From: a virus
Taxonomy: Duplodnaviria; Caudoviricetes
DNA: 64,000 nucleotides
IMG/VR virus record: IMGVR_UViG_3300035663_000005
Coordinates: 1 to 64,000 of that record
Strand: one strand, 5' to 3'
Under the pieces are notes generated by a model. The model was not told the DNA's origin. It did no database searches and was given only the letters and a program-made list of their open reading frames with translations. Shown here in pieces: positions 1 to 10,661 of the stretch; position 1 is the stretch's first letter; each line of letters begins with the position of its first letter. The position numbers and the translations under genes were made by a program.

Positions 1-427
1 GTTGGTTTGCTGTTGTAACCTGTGATATATTTCTAGCATTTCCACTCTTGTCGTTCCATTGAGATACGGTGCTACCATTAAGAGTTATAGTAGATGCATC
101 GGCTGCATCAAACCAAAGGTCTGTCGTGATTTGTGATGGTGTCCAAGGAATGCTATTAAACAGCCCTAAATCCCGCTCAATGTAGTGCTTCAGAGCAGGA
201 ATGGTTCCCGCTTTGGTGCGGCGTTGGTCAGTTGTTCCGTTGTAACCAGAGTTTAATCCAAATCCTCGTTTAGGAATTAGAAGATTCTGCTTTGCCCATA
301 TGTTGCTCTTTTGTATTCCTGTTTCTTGACGCACACCCACCCATGAAGAACCATCCCAACGCCACACCTTTCCTTCGTAGGTGTATTCTTGGTTTACTGA
401 CGGAGATGTTGGAAATTGTATGGGCAT
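1..427 (-). CDS. Tail fibre/adhesin-like virion protein, partial (runs off window)
   Basis: Manual translation MPIQFPTSPSVNQEYTYEGKVWRWDGSSW...WFDAADASTIT...WNDKSGNARN; open to the window edge; paralogous to 433..1320. Confidence 0.7.
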   Translation of the reverse strand, partial: MPIQFPTSPSVNQEYTYEGKVWRWDGSSWVGVRQETGIQKSNIWAKQNLLIPKRGFGLNSGYNGTTDQRRTKAGTIPALKHYIERDLGLFNSIPWTPSQITTDLWFDAADASTITLNGSTVSQWNDKSGNARNISQVTTANQ

Positions 428-432
428 GGTGT

Positions 433-1320
433 TTATGCTTGTGGTGCTGCGTTTAGATACGGATGACCAACAGGAAGACTGCCTTGCAATCCCCATTTCC
501 ATGCAAGATAGCCTTCAATGAGTTGTCGGGTTGTGGTATTTGTAGATTGCACCATTATGACCTCTGCAATTACTATGTTGGATGCTCTACTGACAGTATA
601 TTGTCTTGCTAATGAATAACCAACATTGGTGTTGTCTGGTGTTGCAATAGTGTTAGTGGTGCTTTCCAAGGTTCCGTTTCTCCACACTCCCCATCCTGTG
701 GTATTGCTTTGAAATGCCATTATGTTACCAACATTATTGGAATATGCAGTTCCGCTACTCAAATCATAACTTGCTGATGCAGCCCCACCAAAATATGGAT
801 AGCAAGCACCAAAATTGTTACTGTTTTTTACATAGTGTAAGGCTCCACGATCTGTTCCTTGTCCTGCTGAAGCCAAAACGCCTATTGATGGTCTATAGGC
901 ATCACCACCAGTTCCTGCTCCACTTCTTGACCATACCCAATACACTCCGTGTGTTTGGTTTTGCATTGCTGTTGTGGAAATATCCATAACATCGTTGGAA
1001 CCATCAAACAAAACTCCCGGCAACGAACCGGGAAAGGCGGTTGCAGAATATGATGGCTGATTTGCTCCTGTTGCTTGCACGGCATTTACTCCACCACCTT
1101 TTCTATCAGCCCATGTGGAAACACCTGTTGCAATAGTGATTGTACTAGAGTCTGCTGCATCTAACCAAAAGACAGTAGAAATATCGGCAGGTGTCCAAGT
1201 AGAACTAAACAATCCCAAATCTCTCTCCATGTAATGCTTCAGAGTAGGAATAGTTCCTGCCTTTGTACGGCGTTGATCTGTGTTGCCACAGTATCCTGAA
1301 TTGAGTCTCCATCGCCTCAT
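433..1320 (-). CDS. LamG/concanavalin-like virion fibre protein
   Basis: [11 protein letters not shown]...W.D N-terminal motif and [12 protein letters not shown]-terminal motif typical of phage LamG-like modules; ATGA overlap with upstream stop gives start 1320. Confidence 0.65.
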   Translation of the reverse strand: MRRWRLNSGYCGNTDQRRTKAGTIPTLKHYMERDLGLFSSTWTPADISTVFWLDAADSSTITIATGVSTWADRKGGGVNAVQATGANQPSYSATAFPGSLPGVLFDGSNDVMDISTTAMQNQTHGVYWVWSRSGAGTGGDAYRPSIGVLASAGQGTDRGALHYVKNSNNFGACYPYFGGAASASYDLSSGTAYSNNVGNIMAFQSNTTGWGVWRNGTLESTTNTIATPDNTNVGYSLARQYTVSRASNIVIAEVIMVQSTNTTTRQLIEGYLAWKWGLQGSLPVGHPYLNAAPQA

Positions 1321-2147
1321 AACATGAACCATCCTCTCTTGAAGTCCGTGATGTATTGAACTGCTCCTGTGAGTCCGTTGACTGAGATTACATAATCACC
1401 AACTGGTCCTGTTGCACCTGTGACACCTTGAGGACCTGTTGCTCCTTGAGAACCTGTTGCTCCTTGAGAACCTGTTGCTCCTTGAGAACCTGTTGCTCCT
1501 TGAGGGCCAGTTGCTCCTGTAACTCCTTGAATGCCTTGAGCACCCGTAGCACCATTTGACCCTGTAACTGCACTTCCCCCAACGGTGCTACCTACCCCTA
1601 TGTCATTCTGAACCCATTGATAATTTCCTGATGGGCCCAAATATCCTGTGTATAAAACGCCAGTGTCAGTATTGAACCATAAAGCACCATCATTTATAGG
1701 TGATGGCACAAGACTGGTAGCCAAATATGATTGTGTTATAACAACAGAATCGCCTACTACAAACCCCGAACCGGGAGGAAGTTCTGGTGCGCCAGTAACA
1801 GTTAATGGATATAACGGAGTCCAAACTCCAACTGCGGTTGATCCGGTAGAAGACGGTAAAAACCCGTATTGATAGCGAGTATCTCTTTCAATAAATAAAT
1901 CACCGTATTGGAACCAACTTTCGTTTCCTGCGGTTCCATACACGCCAGCATCAATATCAGCAACAAAATCTGTGTAGGTATTATAAACGAAAGTTTTTTG
2001 TAATGGATAATCTTGAACTCCTCCTGTTATTCCGCCAACAAACAAAGTTCTGTCAAAAGTATTGACAGCAAGTTCACCAAACGATAATGCAGAAGGAATA
2101 TTTCCTGCGGTTAAACCCCGCTTAATTCTTATTATTTTGTCTGCCAT
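1317..2147 (-). CDS. Collagen-repeat tail fibre protein
   Basis: IRIKRG...GELAVN tail-fibre N-terminus, G-X-Y repeats (GATGSQ)n, SVNGLTGAV motif; TAATG overlap sets start. Confidence 0.7.
   Translation of the reverse strand: MADKIIRIKRGLTAGNIPSALSFGELAVNTFDRTLFVGGITGGVQDYPLQKTFVYNTYTDFVADIDAGVYGTAGNESWFQYGDLFIERDTRYQYGFLPSSTGSTAVGVWTPLYPLTVTGAPELPPGSGFVVGDSVVITQSYLATSLVPSPINDGALWFNTDTGVLYTGYLGPSGNYQWVQNDIGVGSTVGGSAVTGSNGATGAQGIQGVTGATGPQGATGSQGATGSQGATGSQGATGPQGVTGATGPVGDYVISVNGLTGAVQYITDFKRGWFML
1425..1520. repeat. 18-bp tandem repeat encoding collagen GATGSQ units
   Basis: ccttgagaacctgttgct and close variants repeated about 5 times. Confidence 0.85.
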
Positions 2148-4093
2148 TAGTATTGCACCCATACTCCTTGGTTAGCCGCTGTGCTGCCAGTAAGAACTGT
2201 GTATAGATATAACTTTCCGTTATCTGTATTTACCCATCGGTCTCCATTATACATTCCACCAAATGGAGTTGTTGTTTGAGTGAATGTTCTAACTCCCAAT
2301 AGATTTAGATTTGCTGATACTGAACTACCATCACTCAAAGTAGAAACTAAATTTGCAGTTCGTGTAACTCCCTCATCAGTAACAGCGGTTGTTATTGTGA
2401 CATTTGTAGCACTAATATTTGTTCCAGCATCACCCTTACTTCCTGCTGCTCCTAACCTACCACCAGGAATATAGTAAACACCAAATCTTTCTCCGTTTAA
2501 AAATGTCCCTCCTGTGGTGGAAGAGTTGCTAGACCAATTAAATGTATAAAATGCAGTTGCGCCAGTTCCAGTTTTTGTTACGCTACCAATCGTGTAAGCG
2601 AAAACTGTGTTTCGGTCATAACTAGTTACATATAACTGCCCAACTTCAGTTCTACCGGTATTTTGGTTGTCCCGCCCATAATCCCAATACTTTTCTCTAG
2701 AAATTGATTCAAAATCTGTAGCAGAAATGTATAGGTTATTACTACCTGCTACAGGGGTATTAACATCATAATTGCCTGTGATATATCCTGTGGCTCCTGT
2801 TGCTCCTGTGCTGTATTGATAGCGTAAACCAAAGAATCCTGTTATGCCTTGAGAGCCGGTTGCACCTGTAGCACCAGTTGCTCCTTGAGGACCAAATGGT
2901 TCAACCCAATATGAAGACGAGCCATCTGTGATGTAAACAAACACATTTCCGCTGCTTGTGTTGAACCACATATCACCGTATGTGGCTCCTGTTGGTGCTG
3001 TGGTTGATGAGGTGAAACTTATTGCACCTGAGATACCTTGAGGGCCAGTTGCTCCTGTAACTCCTTGAATGCCTTGAGCACCCGTTGCACCTGTTCCTCC
3101 TATAACACCATTTCCACCAGAACCTCCACCGCTAGAAGAAATGGTTAGCGAATTTGTGGAAGGATCTGTTGTTATTGAGACATTAGCACCAGCAACAAAG
3201 GTTAGAGTTTCTGCATCATACTGAACTGAGTTTAAATCGGATTGTCCTGCAACTGAAATAGTTTTGAATGCAGTATCCATGCCACCGCCACCGCCGTCAC
3301 GACTTACACTTCCGCCAGCAATTCCTTTGACTTTGCTTAGATCAATGCTCAGAGACTTTTTATTTGCATCATATTGAAGTGGATAATTGGCGTGAAGCAG
3401 ACCAGATTCGCCCTGTTCTCCTTTATCACCTTTATCTCCCTTTTCTCCTCGCTCTCCTCGTTCCCCTTGTTCGCCGCGTTCGCCTCTTGCTCCTACAGCC
3501 CCATCGCGTCCATCCAGTCCAGAATCGCCCTTCTCGCCTTTATCGCCTTTTTCTCCGCGTTCTCCTGCATCACCCTTCTCGCCCTTTGCTCCCGGCTCTC
3601 CCGCTTCCCCTCGCTCACCTTTCGGGCCCATTTCGCCTTTCGGGCCTTGAACGCCTTGAGGGCCGGGTGCTCCTTGTTCTCCCTGCTCTCCTCTCTCACC
3701 TTTCTCTCCCTGTGGCCCTTGAGCACCTGGAACTCCTTGTGGGCCTTGGACTCCCTGCGGTCCCTGTGCTCCCGGTTCACCTTTCTCGCCCCGTTCGCCT
3801 TTTTCACCTTGGACACCTGGTTCTCCTTTATCTCCAGGCCACCCATCCCGTCCATCCTTGCCTGGCACTCCTTGTTCACCACGCTCTCCCCGCTCTCCGC
3901 GTTCACCCTTTGACCCTTGAGGGCCTGGAATGCCACGCAGACCACGGAGACCTCGAATGCCTCGTTCTCCTTGAGGCAATTCGATATCACCCGAAGGGGA
4001 TTCCGGGTTAGAATCCGATTCTAAAAACTCTCCGAACTCGCGGAGAAATTCCTCATCGGATGGATTGTGGTTTTCTCGGTCAGACTGTCCCAT
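2147..4093 (-). CDS. Collagen triple-helix fibre protein
   Basis: About 190 aa of continuous G-X-Y (GEKGERGE...) plus Gly/Thr-rich GDxW fibre modules. Confidence 0.85.
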   Translation of the reverse strand: MGQSDRENHNPSDEEFLREFGEFLESDSNPESPSGDIELPQGERGIRGLRGLRGIPGPQGSKGERGERGERGEQGVPGKDGRDGWPGDKGEPGVQGEKGERGEKGEPGAQGPQGVQGPQGVPGAQGPQGEKGERGEQGEQGAPGPQGVQGPKGEMGPKGERGEAGEPGAKGEKGDAGERGEKGDKGEKGDSGLDGRDGAVGARGERGEQGERGERGEKGDKGDKGEQGESGLLHANYPLQYDANKKSLSIDLSKVKGIAGGSVSRDGGGGGMDTAFKTISVAGQSDLNSVQYDAETLTFVAGANVSITTDPSTNSLTISSSGGGSGGNGVIGGTGATGAQGIQGVTGATGPQGISGAISFTSSTTAPTGATYGDMWFNTSSGNVFVYITDGSSSYWVEPFGPQGATGATGATGSQGITGFFGLRYQYSTGATGATGYITGNYDVNTPVAGSNNLYISATDFESISREKYWDYGRDNQNTGRTEVGQLYVTSYDRNTVFAYTIGSVTKTGTGATAFYTFNWSSNSSTTGGTFLNGERFGVYYIPGGRLGAAGSKGDAGTNISATNVTITTAVTDEGVTRTANLVSTLSDGSSVSANLNLLGVRTFTQTTTPFGGMYNGDRWVNTDNGKLYLYTVLTGSTAANQGVWVQY

Positions 4094-4790
4094 CGCCTGT
4101 ATTTAGGGGCTGCGTTAAAGCCTTCCATGAAACAGGAAACAGCGGTTCAATCAGTTTAGAAATAGCGGCAGCATATTCTCGCACTTCCCATTGAGCATGT
4201 GGGTCTGAACGCAGCCCGTAAACTCGGGCATATGCCGCAAGTGAGCCTGTCCACCACCATTCTGTATAAGTGCCTTGTGGCAACACAAATCTAGCCTGCT
4301 CGGGAGCAACGCCATCGCGCAATAAAGCGTTGTAAGTGTCGAGCGCATCCAAAGCCACACGATTATACATGCGGTCAAAATCATTGATAATAATATCCTC
4401 AATGAAATCTTCACTGCCCTGCTTGGCTCCATTTGTGGGAGCGGAACGCCAGTCGGGTGTGTAAAAGTCTGGCTCATCTTTAACATAACGACGGCTCACT
4501 TCATTCTCCACGAATCCTTGTTTGTGCTTGAAAAGTTGAGTGCGAATCGAAATTGGAGCCTTGATGTGCAAGGTAATCTGAGGATGAGCAAATGGAGTCC
4601 AGTGTTTGTGTGTAGCAAGATACCCGATAAGTTTTGCATCTTTCTCTGTGATCTGTGTGGATTTTTTATTGAAAGACACACGGGCTGCATTCACAACCAT
4701 TAGATCGTTGCCCATGTGAGAAACAAGAGAAACAAATCCCTTGTCTAAAACTTGAATGGTGTCGCCATCCTGCTTCGCCACATTATCCAT
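4080..4790 (-). CDS. thyX: Flavin-dependent thymidylate synthase
   Basis: NAARVS, H.TPF, NEVSRRY, EQARFVLP, HAQWEVR motifs. Confidence 0.95.
   Translation of the reverse strand: MDNVAKQDGDTIQVLDKGFVSLVSHMGNDLMVVNAARVSFNKKSTQITEKDAKLIGYLATHKHWTPFAHPQITLHIKAPISIRTQLFKHKQGFVENEVSRRYVKDEPDFYTPDWRSAPTNGAKQGSEDFIEDIIINDFDRMYNRVALDALDTYNALLRDGVAPEQARFVLPQGTYTEWWWTGSLAAYARVYGLRSDPHAQWEVREYAAAISKLIEPLFPVSWKALTQPLNTGDGTV
4100..4107 (-). promoter_or_regulatory. T4-type late promoter (CCTAAATA)
   Basis: Variant of gp55 consensus TATAAATA, 6 nt before collagen gene ATG. Confidence 0.55.
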
Positions 4791-4808
4791 AGTATAAACT
4801 CCTAAAAA

Positions 4809-5333
4809 TTAACCGTGTCGCTTAAAGTATTGAACTTGTCGTTCTCTCTTAATGATGTCTTCTTTAGTCTTTGCTCTACCAAGAACTTTTGAACCATCCT
4901 TGGAATAAAGGACCCATTCTCCGCCTTCATGTCGAATCGTTTCTTCTATATCTTTACGAGGCGTATCAGGTCGCTTAACTTTAGCCTTCTTTGCTTTACC
5001 GGAACCGCCTGGCTTGGTTAGCACACCCAAGTCCATTGCAGGTTCTGTGCCACTGATTTCCGTCATGGTGTCTTCAACAGTAGCCAACACTTTATCGTCT
5101 TTGCCCAATATTTCAACTCGGTCAACTCCGTCTACGGCAGCAAGAACCTGCTTCGCATCTTTCTTTGCATCTTCTAGCGAAGCACTGCCCATCTTACCGG
5201 TCTTAACAATCTTATCGCCTTGGTAAGCCACCCACACAAACTCGGCTCCACGATACTGATACGAGCCTGCGTTCTTTTTCACATACTCGATATCGGTAGT
5301 GATGGCTTCAACGAATTTACGGAATGGTTTCAT
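4809..5333 (-). CDS. Hypothetical, probable internal head protein
   Basis: Starts MKPFRKFVEA just after CCTAAATA (5339-5346); basic C-terminal module WVLYSKDG..LG..RERQVQYFK. Confidence 0.6.
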   Translation of the reverse strand: MKPFRKFVEAITTDIEYVKKNAGSYQYRGAEFVWVAYQGDKIVKTGKMGSASLEDAKKDAKQVLAAVDGVDRVEILGKDDKVLATVEDTMTEISGTEPAMDLGVLTKPGGSGKAKKAKVKRPDTPRKDIEETIRHEGGEWVLYSKDGSKVLGRAKTKEDIIKRERQVQYFKRHG

Positions 5334-5347
5334 ACGGATATTTAGGG

Positions 5348-6367
5348 CTAGCATCGCTTCCATCCCATGAATTTAAGTTTTGCTGTCGCACCACGAGCCG
5401 CATTTTCTGTAATGATTCGCAAGGGGTCAAGACCAGCCAGCACCATATCGTTGATATCTTTTTGTTCGACCGACGAGGGCCAAATGCATACTGTTCTGCC
5501 TGCTCCAATCAATCCTTCCACCACTTTTACCACTTCTCGGTTTCTGGGCTCGTTGTCCAACGCGAAAACGGGATTTGCACCTACCTCTTCAGGCAAGACA
5601 GCAGATTTACCCAATCCTGCTGTGGCTACCGCATTAGGAAGAAACAAAGAATCTAGAGGCCCTTCCACCACAATTACCGGCTTGCTTTTATCCACGCGGT
5701 CAAGACCAAACCACATTCTTTCTTCGCCTCGCTCTTTGCGAAGCGTGATGTAGCGAATGGTTTTTGTGTCGAGGGCACGACAGTTTGCACCAATCAATTT
5801 GCCGTGATGAATGATAGGTATGATGAGTCTTGGTTCATCTCCCAACTCTTTTTCAGGGTCTATGGTTTTAGCCCACTCACCAAAGTTTTCGGCGTAATAC
5901 AGAAGTTCGTGAGCCGACTCAGGAATCTTTCTAGCGTTTAAGAAGGCTTTCGCAGGATGAGTCGAAGCGAGTTCCGAAATTTTGGGCAGTCCGATTCCCA
6001 TCTCGGACGAGTTTGAATTAACCACTTCAGGTCTTCCAAATCTTGGCTGTTCGAAGGTGAAGATAGGCTCGGCTTCGTTTCTGCCGGTGAGTCCACCTCG
6101 GTATTTTTCAAGAGTGTATTCATCATAGAGTCGCCTGTCAAACTGTTCAAGGAATTTGGATAGTGTGGTTCCGAAGTCACAGTTATGACACTTGACAAAG
6201 AATCCACCCTTCTTCTCGTAGAAGTAGAAGCGGGTTTTGGTTTTGTTTCGTTTGGAATCGCCGCATATAGGACACCTGCAAACTGCTAGAGCGTTTGTTT
6301 TCTTCCAAGCAAAGCGGGAAAGCCTTGGGGAAACCATGTTTATGAACTTCACATCCAAGTAACTCAT
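5348..6367 (-). CDS. DNA primase (T4 gp61-like)
   Basis: Zn finger CPICGDS...CHNC, TOPRIM VVEGPLDS, DNEPRN, KDINDM. Confidence 0.95.
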   Translation of the reverse strand: MSYLDVKFINMVSPRLSRFAWKKTNALAVCRCPICGDSKRNKTKTRFYFYEKKGGFFVKCHNCDFGTTLSKFLEQFDRRLYDEYTLEKYRGGLTGRNEAEPIFTFEQPRFGRPEVVNSNSSEMGIGLPKISELASTHPAKAFLNARKIPESAHELLYYAENFGEWAKTIDPEKELGDEPRLIIPIIHHGKLIGANCRALDTKTIRYITLRKERGEERMWFGLDRVDKSKPVIVVEGPLDSLFLPNAVATAGLGKSAVLPEEVGANPVFALDNEPRNREVVKVVEGLIGAGRTVCIWPSSVEQKDINDMVLAGLDPLRIITENAARGATAKLKFMGWKRC

Positions 6368-6571
6368 GGCGAAAGTATACACTAGTATTTAGCGGAATGC
6401 AACTAAAACCCGCACTTTTACGGTTTGCGAGTCCAGGCGGTGTCATTACGGCAGACGATTACAAATTCAAGGTTTAGTTAACTTTTCCTTGAAAGTAAAC
6501 ATTTTTCCTGTGCCAGAAAAATTATTTTCCAGGTGCTCGCAATTTCTGCAAACTTCCGTATACATAGTCGA

Positions 6572-7261
6572 TTACGAATTCGGCTTTACGATATTGATGG
6601 TTTGAATGTCTTGTTTGATACGATCTTGTTGACGACGCTGAATCTTTTTACGCTTCTGCATGGCAGTGGTTTTTGGCATTGGAGGCTCTTGTCCTGGAGA
6701 TACCCCCGCCATTTGTCCACCACCCACATTATTTGCAGGAGCAGCCACAGCAGCACCATCTTCCGCCATCTTACGAAGTTCTTTAATTGTGGCTATTCCT
6801 TTGTTGGCTTTGTATAACGCAACTCCAAATATTGTATCCACCAAAGGGTTATCGGTTTTAAAATCTGGCGTTTCCACCATCAACATTCCACCTAACTGTT
6901 CACAAGATACTCCTTTTTCTTGTAAATAGTTCAAAATGTGAGTTTCAAACTTTTCGGGGGTTGAACCGCCGTATTGTGTTTTTAGTGCCCATATCGACTT
7001 AATAAAATTGTTAGTGTCTAGACTATTGACAAAAACCTGTTCAACCAATCGCTTTACATTCCAACAGTATGCGTAGAAAATATCAGGATACGCTTGTCGT
7101 TCGTGCGATTCTGTTAACTCGTGACGGTTTCGAAGAATTTTACCATTTTCGCTTATGATACCAAGTTTATAAGCGGCTTGTTTTTTCCAAGGAGTTGTGA
7201 GTATCTGAAGGAAGCGATGCTCTGCCATAATTTCTTCAAGTCGCGGATCTATACTCATCAC
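6572..7261 (-). CDS. Hypothetical protein
   Basis: 229-aa ORF coupled to upstream gene; PW....AYKLGII...G motif recalled from T4-like phages. Confidence 0.65.
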   Translation of the reverse strand: MMSIDPRLEEIMAEHRFLQILTTPWKKQAAYKLGIISENGKILRNRHELTESHERQAYPDIFYAYCWNVKRLVEQVFVNSLDTNNFIKSIWALKTQYGGSTPEKFETHILNYLQEKGVSCEQLGGMLMVETPDFKTDNPLVDTIFGVALYKANKGIATIKELRKMAEDGAAVAAPANNVGGGQMAGVSPGQEPPMPKTTAMQKRKKIQRRQQDRIKQDIQTINIVKPNS

Positions 7262-7644
7262 AGACTCCTTAGTTTCTCGATTATTTCGGTTTCTAGTGGT
7301 ATTTTCACTATATCTATACCTTCTATGTTTTTTGTATTTTCAGGCAAATAATGCAGGTAAACTAAGAAGGTTTTGAGTAGAGGTAAAAGATCAGCATCCA
7401 TTTTATAGAACAACATTCGTGTAGCAGGCACAATTCCAAACACATTATAGAATGTTATAAGATGATTAAGAATTAAACGATCTCTTAATTCCCCACTTCT
7501 TTTGTATTTCTTAAACAAACGCTTAAGGTAAATGATACGAGTTAAATCTTCTTCAAATTCTCGCATGCTGTGGCATTGAGGATTATCATAATGCTTCACA
7601 GCATATAAAGTAAAATTATCATTGTTTAATACTTTAAATAACAT
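7258..7644 (-). CDS. Conserved T4-like hypothetical protein
   Basis: NF.LYA.KHYDNPQC...EF.ED...RLILNH pattern recalled from T4-like phages. Confidence 0.75.
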   Translation of the reverse strand: MLFKVLNNDNFTLYAVKHYDNPQCHSMREFEEDLTRIIYLKRLFKKYKRSGELRDRLILNHLITFYNVFGIVPATRMLFYKMDADLLPLLKTFLVYLHYLPENTKNIEGIDIVKIPLETEIIEKLRSL

Positions 7645-7675
7645 TCTATAAAACCCTTGACCTTGTATCTATAAT

Positions 7676-7702
7676 AAAAAAGAGAGCCTTACGGCTCTCT
7701 TT
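7676..7702 (-). terminator. Rho-independent terminator
   Basis: Hairpin aaagagagcc-ttac-ggctctcttt with T-run on minus strand downstream of 7733..8278. Confidence 0.75.
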
Positions 7703-7732
7703 GGGCGGTGAAATGCGGATTTTAGAACGCCC

Positions 7733-8278
7733 TTAGCCCTGAACTATTTCAGGCTTGACCGAGAATGTTCCGTCTTCGTTTTTAGCAATCTCAACAACAA
7801 GATTTAAAGGTGTTCCTGTTTTGTTGCTAATATTGTCGGCATGATACGGCTCATAGCCAGGATCTGTTGGGTAGCGACCGTATGAGCCTCCAAGATACTT
7901 TAGCGGAAAAGAGTGAGAACCTTCACCAATTTCATTTACAGGGCCTCGCTTGTTATCAACGCTAGCAACTGCACTTTGATCTAGTCCTGTTTTTGCAGGA
8001 GGCATGCGATATTCAAAGAATAAACCAACAGTTTCCAATTTGCTCTTAATTTGAGTTAAAACATTGTAAGGATTGATGTAAGTTTTTCTTACAGCAGCCC
8101 CAAGAAATGTATTAAGTCTAGCAAGAGCCTCGTTATTTAAAGAAGCAATGTTAATTTCTGGAGTATCAACTGCTCCATCAGGATTGTGGGGCCCTACAGC
8201 AGGATTTAAATGTCCTGCTTCGGAAGAAGCCATACCCCATTGTTCCTTTAATTTGCCTCTCAATTCTTTAAAACGCAT
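7733..8278 (-). CDS. Hypothetical, probable head-associated protein
   Basis: Starts MRFKEL...LKE; AGGAG RBS. Confidence 0.65.
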   Translation of the reverse strand: MRFKELRGKLKEQWGMASSEAGHLNPAVGPHNPDGAVDTPEINIASLNNEALARLNTFLGAAVRKTYINPYNVLTQIKSKLETVGLFFEYRMPPAKTGLDQSAVASVDNKRGPVNEIGEGSHSFPLKYLGGSYGRYPTDPGYEPYHADNISNKTGTPLNLVVEIAKNEDGTFSVKPEIVQG

Positions 8279-8290
8279 GATAAACTCCTA

Positions 8291-9169
8291 TCAACGAACT
8301 GTTACACGGAAAGAAGCATGTCCTGTTCCTGAAGCGGCATTAGCAGTTGCACCATCGTATACTGTTGCAGTTAGTCCGTATGCTCCCGAAGTTAATCCTG
8401 CGGGAAGGATTACCACACCAATATCACTATTGTATGTTGATGTTGGGCCGAAGAATGCTTCATAGACTGCTGTTGGAATTCCATTTGCTCCACTACTAGT
8501 AAGTAGTGTGCTTCCTGTTACGAATGTGATTCTCTTCAAATCGCTGTGAGCAGCAGGTCCTCCGCCTGTCATGTTTCCAGTTACTGTCAAAACAAGATTT
8601 TGTGTGAAATTCACATCATTTGCTTTAACTTTAATGTAACCTGTGTTTCCTGCGGGGAAAACCGTTCCTACAACATTAGTATATGTTGGAACCGAATTAG
8701 TTAAACCAAGACTTGTGGTTCCCCAGAACAGGGTAGAAACACCGTATTCATTTAATCCGAAATTTGCAGTTGCAGAGTGGCTTAAACCTAGACCTGAATT
8801 GCCACCAGATGTTGCTCCATCACCATTGAATGGGGTTGTGATGTATGGAGAATAGTTTGTAATTCCTTGACCTACGAGCAAATCTCCAGAAGTAAAACCA
8901 CCGGTGATGCTAAGGCGATTGGCAAATGCACTTGATGTTACTCCTGTGATACCAGGATCGTTAGGCATAGCAACAATCAGTTCCATTTGAGGATAACTTG
9001 AAGTTGCTCCAAGTGTTTTTACACCTTCGAATTGACCAGCCAAATTTGACAAGGCGTTCCCAACAGGAAGTTCCCATCCTGCGTTTGTGCGAACACAGAA
9101 CCGCTTTTGGGCTGCTGTCAACCATGTTGGTTTTGATTCTTCTCTATCGTTATTATTCCAAGTTCCCAT
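8291..9169 (-). CDS. Virion structural protein (Gly/Thr-rich)
   Basis: MGTW...KPTWL...GW N-terminus; GCTAAATA late promoter at 9189-9196 and RBS. Confidence 0.6.
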   Translation of the reverse strand: MGTWNNNDREESKPTWLTAAQKRFCVRTNAGWELPVGNALSNLAGQFEGVKTLGATSSYPQMELIVAMPNDPGITGVTSSAFANRLSITGGFTSGDLLVGQGITNYSPYITTPFNGDGATSGGNSGLGLSHSATANFGLNEYGVSTLFWGTTSLGLTNSVPTYTNVVGTVFPAGNTGYIKVKANDVNFTQNLVLTVTGNMTGGGPAAHSDLKRITFVTGSTLLTSSGANGIPTAVYEAFFGPTSTYNSDIGVVILPAGLTSGAYGLTATVYDGATANAASGTGHASFRVTVR

Positions 9170-9191
9170 TTCGGCTTCTCCTTGTCGTTAT

Positions 9192-9725
9192 TTAGCGAGT
9201 TTCGTTGATGATATTACGAAGGGTTGCAACTTCTTCTTCAGAAAGTTGAGTCAAAAATTCACGAAGACCCAATTCAATCTGTGATGGTTGAGTTTCTTCC
9301 TTCTTCATACCAGCGGTTTTAATACCGGCAGCGGCTTTAGCGGGAGTAGCCAACTTGTTTGCTTCTGCGCTTGATGAACCGCCCTTTGGAGCAGTCTTGC
9401 TCTTTACTTCGGCGGGGGTAGCCAATGCTGCCTTTTGTGTTGGCATTTTAACATCGGCTTCATTTACCAACTCATCAAAACGAACCACCATTTCTGGAGT
9501 TAGCGAGCAACCACACTTTGCAGCACCCTCTTTCAGATGCTTGCGTAGAATATTACGCTTGGTTTCAGCAACCATAACGCTTTCTGTAAGCGTCTTTAGT
9601 TCGGTTGCGGCCGCCTTGGCTGCTTCCTTTAGCGACTCGGGAAGTTCAACTTTTGTGGTTGTCTTACCAACGAGAACATTTGTGATGCTATTGTAAAAAT
9701 CTTTGCTGATTGGTGAGTTGTGCAT
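9192..9725 (-). CDS. Hypothetical late protein
   Basis: 177-aa Ala/Lys/Glu-rich ORF; RBS; ACTAAATA at 9766-9773. Confidence 0.65.
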   Translation of the reverse strand: MHNSPISKDFYNSITNVLVGKTTTKVELPESLKEAAKAAATELKTLTESVMVAETKRNILRKHLKEGAAKCGCSLTPEMVVRFDELVNEADVKMPTQKAALATPAEVKSKTAPKGGSSSAEANKLATPAKAAAGIKTAGMKKEETQPSQIELGLREFLTQLSEEEVATLRNIINETR

Positions 9726-9781
9726 TGCTGCTCCTTGTAAATTTTATACTCTTGCCGCTAGGTAGTATTTAGTTAAATTTA

Positions 9782-10396
9782 TCAGTTGGGGGTTGTCCAA
9801 AGAGTTCCTTCTGCGTTTCTTCTTTTAATCAGACCTGGTAAAACTTTTCCATCTGATCTGATATATTTTGATAATGCACTAGGCACTTGACTCCAGTTTG
9901 AAGGCGTTTTTAAAGCCCTAGTTATGGATTCAAATCCTTCTTTACCATAGAATCCAGGTCCAACATTATAAGCAAAAGATATTAGCGCAGCCTTTTGATT
10001 AGAATTCATAAGATTCCAATTTGGTATATTTTTTAATTTAGGCAAAATTTTAGTATTAACATAATGTTCCATATATGCATCCGCTTGCTGTTTTGTTATT
10101 TTATCTCCTTGTCGAACAGGTCTACCGTCTGGATGTGTGGTTGAACCTTTGCCTATAGTCCAAATTTTTCCAGTTGCATCCCAATAAGCACTAGTTCTAA
10201 ATCCTTCAAATTTTGAAATTATTTCTTTCCATGCTGTTGTGCTTGTTGAAGTTTGTGTTATTTTTTGTGTGGTTGCGGCTTGTGCAGAAAACGAAGGTAC
10301 ACCCAGACCTAAACTCATAGCCATTAATCCAGGAATTAACATGTTTGGTTTTTTAATTTCTTCTAGGGATTTAGTATACTGAATAAAAGTTTTCAT
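9782..10396 (-). CDS. GH24 phage lysozyme
   Basis: EGF...AYWD.TG..WTIG.G (E-D-T triad), ALISFAYNVG, GLIKRR..E. Confidence 0.9.
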   Translation of the reverse strand: MKTFIQYTKSLEEIKKPNMLIPGLMAMSLGLGVPSFSAQAATTQKITQTSTSTTAWKEIISKFEGFRTSAYWDATGKIWTIGKGSTTHPDGRPVRQGDKITKQQADAYMEHYVNTKILPKLKNIPNWNLMNSNQKAALISFAYNVGPGFYGKEGFESITRALKTPSNWSQVPSALSKYIRSDGKVLPGLIKRRNAEGTLWTTPN

Positions 10397-10399
10397 TAT

Positions 10400-10660
10400 T
10401 CATCCCTTGGCTTTCTTCCAAAGGTCTGCATCAGCAGTTCTTCGTGTCTTTCCCCCGGTTAGGAATGAATTGACTCTAGCCAAAGCCCATTGTTGAGGAG
10501 TTGCACCAGGACGATGACCACCTTTCCAAGCCGCCATGCCTCGGTCATACACTTGTTTTAAAATTCCATATGAAACACCAGATTGCTTGGCTTTGTTTTG
10601 TAAAGCCTTTTTGCTTTCTGTTAATTCTAGTTCAGTTTTTAAATCTTTAAAGCGTTTCAT
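10400..10660 (-). CDS. Hypothetical (DUF5824-like C-terminal half)
   Basis: VYDRGMAAW..GHRPGATPQQWALARVNSF...ADADL; family assignment from memory. Confidence 0.65.
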   Translation of the reverse strand: MKRFKDLKTELELTESKKALQNKAKQSGVSYGILKQVYDRGMAAWKGGHRPGATPQQWALARVNSFLTGGKTRRTADADLWKKAKG

Positions 10661-10661
10661 G

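Noticed and set aside
3364-4011. Long plus-strand and alternate-frame ORFs over the collagen gene
   Set aside because: Shadow ORFs produced by G-X-Y periodicity
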